64,000 nt of DNA from an uncultured delta proteobacterium (GTDB lineage Bacteria > Desulfobacterota > RBG-13-43-22). Below are positions 59,107 to 64,000 of the stretch, one piece after another. The notes beneath the pieces were generated by a model. That model searched no databases. It saw nothing but the letters and a program-made list of their open reading frames with translations, and was not told the origin of the DNA. The position numbers were made by a program, and so were the translations under genes. The DNA is taken from the NCBI GenBank assembly GCA_963843145.1, contig CAWJJC010000022.1:384001-448000 (forward strand), written 5' to 3'. Within the stretch, counting starts at the first letter, position 1. Every line of letters starts with the position of its first letter.

Positions 59107-60242
59107 ATGAAGAAACTGAAAAAAACCAAGTCGAAAATTCCGGTCCCAGCTAAGGGTAAAATCGCCGACCTCAACAGCTTACCCAAATTCTGGGCCAACC
59201 TCATTGAAAATTCTCCGGATGCCATTGTGGCCATCCGCAAGGGGGGGAGATCATCATCTTCAACCGGGCGGCGGAAAAGCTTTTGGGCTATCGGGAGGCC
59301 GAGGTCATCGAGCGAATGAACATTACGGATATTTACCCTTTCGGCCAGGCCAAAGCGATCATGAAGGATCTGAGGTCCGCGGAATACGGCGGACCCGGCT
59401 TGCTGGAGAAGAGGGAATTTCTCCTGCTGGATAAAAACGGCTGGGAGATCCCGGTCTATATTTCGGCCTCGATACTCTACGATGCGGAAAGGGAAATCGG
59501 TTCGGTGGGGGTATTCACCGATCTGCGGGAGAAGCGGGAATTGGAAAAGCAACTCCTGCGGACCGAAAAATTGTCTTCTCTGGGCAAGATGGCGGCCGGG
59601 ATTGCCCATGAAATCAACCAGCCGCTGACCGGTGTCTTGACCTTCGCCCACCTGCTGCTCAAAAAATTCAAGGACGATGAAGCGACCCGACTGGATCTGG
59701 AATTGATCGTCCGGGAAACCACCCGCATTAAGAAAATCGTTCAGGGGGTCCTGGATTTTGGCCGGGAAACTCCGATGAAAAAAGAGTTACAGGCCATTGA
59801 GGATATCCTGGACACCACCCTAAAAATCATCATCCACCAGGAACGTTTTTTCGGCATCAACCTGATTAAGAAATACGGCGCCGATATACCGCCGGTCAAG
59901 GCAGACAGCAGTCGAATGGAACAAGTATTTTTGAATATTATCTTCAATGCCCTGGAAGCCATGGGTGGTTCCGGCACGCTGACCGTTCAAACTCGAAAGA
60001 CTTCCGAAGGGGTCGAAGTGGACCTGAGCGATACCGGGCCCGGGATCCCCGCAGAGATCCTGGATAAGATCTTCGATCCTTTTTATACCACCAAGGATTC
60101 CACCGAAGGACTGGGCATGGGCCTGGGTTTGGCCGTTTGTTACGGGATTGTCAAGAAACACAACGGGGATATCCAGGTAACCAGTTCCCCCGAGTTGGGC
60201 ACCACTTTTACCGTCAGGCTGCCACTTGCTGAACCTGCTTGA
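59107..60242 (+). CDS. PAS-domain histidine kinase with a one-base frameshift in the G run at about 59241-59247
   Basis: 'ENSPDAIV' / 'IIFNRAAEKLLGY' PAS split across frames; 'AHEINQPL', 'DTGPG', 'GMGLGL'. Confidence 0.88.
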
Positions 60243-60346
60243 CAGGAAAACCCATTCGCCGAGACCCCATGGCCACAGAGGCCCGATTTCAGGTTCATTT
60301 GCCCTATATTGTGGCCACCCACCCAAAAGTGCGCACAACCATTAAA

Positions 60347-61468
60347 TTAAATCAAACCTTTCCCTTTAAGTTCTTTAAAGATGAACTGCCCTTCATTCAG
60401 ACCCCGATAAATGGCGGCTGAGGTGATGGTGGCCGTGGTTACGGCATCGACCTTGTGCGAAAAGTGAAAGGGGTTGTAAATATATCGGCCGATAATTCTT
60501 TGGCGCATCTTGGCGATATCGGCGTCATCCCAATTTTCATTACCGTATTTGGTCAGTTGAATAGGAATGAATTGAAGGATTTTTCCATTGGCTCCGAAAG
60601 TGTAGATAAAATGGGTATCATGACAGACGTCACAGGTGGGCAACTGGCTGACCACCTGGGCGAAGAGGCGCCGGCTTTCCCCGTTTTTTTCAACGACCCC
60701 CGTATAGATGACGCGTCCCTTTTTGAGGGTAACTCGATCAAAGCCGGATAGCCGCCCCCCTCCCTCGGTAAAGGCCTCCTTCACCTTGGCTTGAATCTCT
60801 TCCTCGCTGATGGGAGGCTTGAGGGTTATGACCTGGGCTTTGGTACTTTCTCCTTTTTTCCGGATAGCGGCCAGCGTCATACCGGACACGGCCTTTAACT
60901 TTTCTAACAACCCCTGAATGTCCTCATTGACACCCAAGTGGGTATCAGCCACCAGAGCGGGTTTAGCCGTAGGATCTCTGCGGACGAAAATTGAAAAGGG
61001 GGTCGGACTCCCGCCCACCGCCTCATGGAGGATATATTGGGTGTCGGGAATAATCGGATAGGGTATCTGGAAATGATCGCGAAAAATTTTAATCTCCTCG
61101 TCGTCGTTCCCTACGGCGATCCCGATCATTTTGATTTGTTTCCTGGTGGCCGCCTTCGATTGTATTAGGTCAAAGAGTCGGTTGTAGGAGGGGGCCTGTT
61201 TTTGGCAAGCGGCACAATAGACGTTCAATATCTCCACCAAAATGACTTTCGCCTGGATATCTTGGATCGTAAAACGATCACCCTTGGGAATTCCCAAGTA
61301 GGCCCTGTCTTTGGCCTTCAGCGGTGTTTTCAGGGCGGTAGCCGGAAAGTCGTCTCCGCCCTTGATGAATGTTTTTTCCTGTGCTCGGAGTTCGGCCGGC
61401 CCTCCGAAAAAAAATAAAAACATTCCTATGGCCAACAAGATCGGGATAAAAGCGAATTTTCTGGACAT
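60347..61468 (-). CDS. Exported TlpA/thioredoxin-like protein fused to an FMN-binding-like domain with CxxCH
   Basis: Signal peptide; 'YCAACQ' thioredoxin CxxC; C-domain 'CDVCH' and 'VDAVTTATITS'. Confidence 0.7.
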   Translation of the reverse strand: MSRKFAFIPILLAIGMFLFFFGGPAELRAQEKTFIKGGDDFPATALKTPLKAKDRAYLGIPKGDRFTIQDIQAKVILVEILNVYCAACQKQAPSYNRLFDLIQSKAATRKQIKMIGIAVGNDDEEIKIFRDHFQIPYPIIPDTQYILHEAVGGSPTPFSIFVRRDPTAKPALVADTHLGVNEDIQGLLEKLKAVSGMTLAAIRKKGESTKAQVITLKPPISEEEIQAKVKEAFTEGGGRLSGFDRVTLKKGRVIYTGVVEKNGESRRLFAQVVSQLPTCDVCHDTHFIYTFGANGKILQFIPIQLTKYGNENWDDADIAKMRQRIIGRYIYNPFHFSHKVDAVTTATITSAAIYRGLNEGQFIFKELKGKGLI

Positions 61469-61638
61469 GGCGGGTTTTCCTTCCCTGTTCATCGGAGATA
61501 ATCCTGCCGAATACTATTCATAGTCTCCATAGTAGAGATTAGCGCAACTTCTTTTCTTGCCTCTTATTAGCCGAAAGGGATGACGCCGGGTCGATTAGGC
61601 ATCTACTTTTTCGGCTGAGGGGACGGCGTCTGCGGCAC

Positions 61639-62226
61639 CTACCGCAACAGGGACTTCATTTCTTTGAACAATCCCGGCATGTCCTTATTGAAACCCAAAT
61701 GCGTGCCGGTCACTTGAAAGGTTTTCCCCCCCGCATCCCGGCGCACAATAATGGAAAAAGGGGCCGGTGGTCCTCCCACCGCCTTATGGAGGATGTATTC
61801 CGGATCGGAAACAATCGCGTAGGGTATCTGGAAATGATCTCGGAACTTCTTAATCTCCGGCTCCTCGTCCCCGACAGCGACCCCGAGCATTTTAATTTTT
61901 TCCCGGGTGGCCGGATCCGATTGAATCATGCCGAATAGCTGCTTGTACAGGGGCGCTTGAAGCTGACAAGGGATACAATACACATCAAATATTTCCACTA
62001 AAATGACTTCGGCCTTCAGGTCTTTGATCGTAAAATGGTCGCCTCCGGAAATTCCCAGATAGGTCCGGTCTTGAGCCTGGACCGGGGTTTTCAGAGCGAC
62101 TGTCGGAAAGGCCTCTCCCTTTTTGATCACCTTTTTCCCCTGGGCCTGGAGATCGCTCAGCCATCCGGATAAAAACAAAAGCACTCCCAATCCCAGGACC
62201 GTGATAAACGTGGATCTTTTAAACAT
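61639..62226 (-). CDS. Exported TlpA/thioredoxin-like protein
   Basis: Signal peptide; 'YCIPCQ'; clear paralog of the N-half of the adjacent gene. Confidence 0.8.
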   Translation of the reverse strand: MFKRSTFITVLGLGVLLFLSGWLSDLQAQGKKVIKKGEAFPTVALKTPVQAQDRTYLGISGGDHFTIKDLKAEVILVEIFDVYCIPCQLQAPLYKQLFGMIQSDPATREKIKMLGVAVGDEEPEIKKFRDHFQIPYAIVSDPEYILHKAVGGPPAPFSIIVRRDAGGKTFQVTGTHLGFNKDMPGLFKEMKSLLR

Positions 62227-63271
62227 GGGCAGTTTTTCCTCCTCTCGTCAGCTTTTTTCCTGGCCACCTTCGGGAGGCCATTTTCTCTCCATCCCGGGTC
62301 AAGAGCATGGCCGCCAGCCGCTCCTGCCGGTTTATCAAGGACAGACCCACTTCCGGACCTAAAAGCAGGAGGGCGGTGGCCAGGGCATCGGCTGTTTCAG
62401 CCGAAGAGGCGGTAACCGTGCCGCTGACCGCCCGGAGGGGAGACGAACCACTTACCGGGGACAGGATATGATGATGGATCTTTTCCTGGTCAAAATAGAC
62501 CATATAATTTCCCGAGGTAGCTACCGCCCCTTCCCGGAGCAAAATCATTTCCGGAGAACTCGTTCCGCCGTTCGGGTCATAGACCGCTATTCGCCAGGGT
62601 TTATCGTCTCCCCGGCCCCCGAAGACCCGAAGGTCTCCCCCCGCATCCACCAGCGCATGTCGAATTCCCTCTTTCCGGAGATAGGCGATGGTATCGTCGA
62701 CGATGGTCCCCTTGGCTATGCCGTCAAGGGTGACTCCCATGCCTTCCTTGGAAAAAGTGATTTCTTCGGGACGAACCTTCAGTGCGGCGGCGCCTACCCG
62801 GCTTAAGGCGTCCCGGACGGACGACTCCGCGGGAAGACGGCCTAGTTCCTTTTCAGACTCATAAAGGTCCAGTAAAGGTTTGGTGGTCACGTCAAAAAGG
62901 CCCCGGGTCTGGGCATGAATAGCCTGACATTGCCTGAGCAGCCGATGCAGTTCAGGAGGAGGACTCGAAAGGGCCCCCCGTTCATTTAGATAGCTGAGGG
63001 CCGAACGCGGATCATGGCGACTAAATATTCGGATCTGTGTTTCCATTCGCTGAAAACCCGCTCCCAGGACGGCCTGAGCCTGATCACGCGAAGGATGGAA
63101 AATGGTAATAGTGACAAAGGTCCCCATCAGGTTCCGGGTTTCGGAGACTTGTGACAGGGAGGAGGAAAAGGGGCTCGTGGTCATGGGCGCCGCCCAACCT
63201 TTGACCGTCCAGCCGGCGCCCAAGAGGCCCAGGCCTTGGAGAAAGGCCCGTCGGTTCCATAGCGTTTTCAT
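62219..63271 (-). CDS. apbE: FAD:protein FMN transferase with a Tat signal
   Basis: 'NRRAFL' Tat motif; 'MGT', 'FDVT', 'LDGIAKG', 'AGGD', 'ATSGNY', 'HHI', 'ADALAT'. Confidence 0.92.
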   Translation of the reverse strand: MKTLWNRRAFLQGLGLLGAGWTVKGWAAPMTTSPFSSSLSQVSETRNLMGTFVTITIFHPSRDQAQAVLGAGFQRMETQIRIFSRHDPRSALSYLNERGALSSPPPELHRLLRQCQAIHAQTRGLFDVTTKPLLDLYESEKELGRLPAESSVRDALSRVGAAALKVRPEEITFSKEGMGVTLDGIAKGTIVDDTIAYLRKEGIRHALVDAGGDLRVFGGRGDDKPWRIAVYDPNGGTSSPEMILLREGAVATSGNYMVYFDQEKIHHHILSPVSGSSPLRAVSGTVTASSAETADALATALLLLGPEVGLSLINRQERLAAMLLTRDGEKMASRRWPGKKLTRGGKTAHV

Positions 63272-63357
63272 AAGTCGTCTATCCTGTGAGGCAAAGTTGA
63301 GGTTAGGAAGAAAGAGTTGCCGTCGGTCGAGGAGTCCCTAGTCGTAGAAGGCGCCGT

Positions 63358-63392
63358 AAAAAAAGGCGGCGGGTTGAACCGCCGCCTTTTTC
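63358..63392. terminator. Bidirectional intrinsic terminator
   Basis: aaaaaaggcggc-gggttgaacc-gccgcctttttt. Confidence 0.8.
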
Positions 63393-63416
63393 GGATTCAT
63401 TGATTTCAGAATAGCG

Positions 63417-63809
63417 CTAGGGCTGTAGCGTTCTCATCATTTCGTCTTCAGCCTTTTTGCTCCAGACGACTTTGCCCTTCACGGTCATCGTATCGACATT
63501 AATGGCACTGTACTTCTTGTTCACGGTCCCGGAAACTTCGACGGTATCCAGGAAGTACTTGGCTTTGAGGCCCAGGCCGATATTGGACATGTAATAATAC
63601 TTCCCGTCGGCCGTAACCAACACAAAGTCTTTTTCCAGGTTGATCACCGGATCGGCCTTGTCAATCGGGCAGATGTAGCCTTTTAAGAGACAGGTTAACC
63701 CTTCAATTTTTCCCTTGACCGTCTCCGCATTGACAATCATGGGAATCAGTAGAAATATGACCAACAATACAGCCGGCACTAGCGTTTGCTTTTTGATTCC
63801 GTGCATCAT
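63417..63809 (-). CDS. Exported hypothetical protein (small beta-rich, two Cys)
   Basis: Signal peptide; 'TCLLKGYICP'. Confidence 0.75.
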   Translation of the reverse strand: MMHGIKKQTLVPAVLLVIFLLIPMIVNAETVKGKIEGLTCLLKGYICPIDKADPVINLEKDFVLVTADGKYYYMSNIGLGLKAKYFLDTVEVSGTVNKKYSAINVDTMTVKGKVVWSKKAEDEMMRTLQP

Positions 63810-63898
63810 ATCACCTCATAATTTGTAAGATTTGGTTTTCGGGGGGAGGGAAAGGCCGTTAAGCTTCCCCCTCCCCCGGGGTTTCGTTTAGAGTCAGG

Positions 63899-64000
63899 TT
63901 AGAATACAAACTGGAACTGTACGCCGCCCAACCATTCTTTGCCCAGGTCGGGGTTGCCGGCGACGTTCGGGTTCTTCCCGTAGTCATAATAGGTGAATTC
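63899..64000 (-). CDS. C-terminus of a probable outer-membrane beta-barrel protein (partial)
   Basis: EFTYYDYGKNPNVAGNPDLGKEWLGGVQFQFVF*: alternating final strand with a terminal Phe. Confidence 0.7.
   Translation of the reverse strand, partial: EFTYYDYGKNPNVAGNPDLGKEWLGGVQFQFVF

Overview
This is a GC-rich bacterial chromosome segment. Gene content (ispE-tRNA-Gln-prs-rplY-pth block, Kdo/heptose LPS genes, sigma54 activator, multi-GAF kinases) suggests an anaerobic Gram-negative, probably Desulfobacterota/deltaproteobacterial; the taxonomy is inference. Region 1-16.3 kb is a catabolic operon: TetR regulator, Liv-type ABC transporter, B12-mutase large subunit, hydantoinase A/B, aryl-acetate CoA ligase and a three-subunit Mo-hydroxylase. 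This gene set mirrors the anaerobic indoleacetate (iaa) pathway. Region 16.3-18.9 kb is an AT-richer islet with three antitoxins whose toxins are all destroyed, plus a HEPN-like ORF. The middle holds glycogen, signalling and housekeeping genes. At 25.5-25.9 kb are two adjacent small genes, each with an in-frame TGA followed by a SECIS-like hairpin (candidate tandem selenoproteins, one missed by the ORF track). Further along are a ClpP-like protease islet, kdnA-kdsB, a SEC-C/MbcA-like gene abutting a Cys-rich IS200 TnpA-like gene that lacks the catalytic helix, an AhpD-DUF2889-PHP-DUF169/CoaE-radical SAM cluster, and an ApbE-thioredoxin flavinylation module. Several palindromic repeat families sit in intergenic spacers. 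Four genes carry single-base frameshifts, mostly in homopolymers, and these are probably long-read assembly errors. All family calls come from motif recognition by eye; no database search was run.
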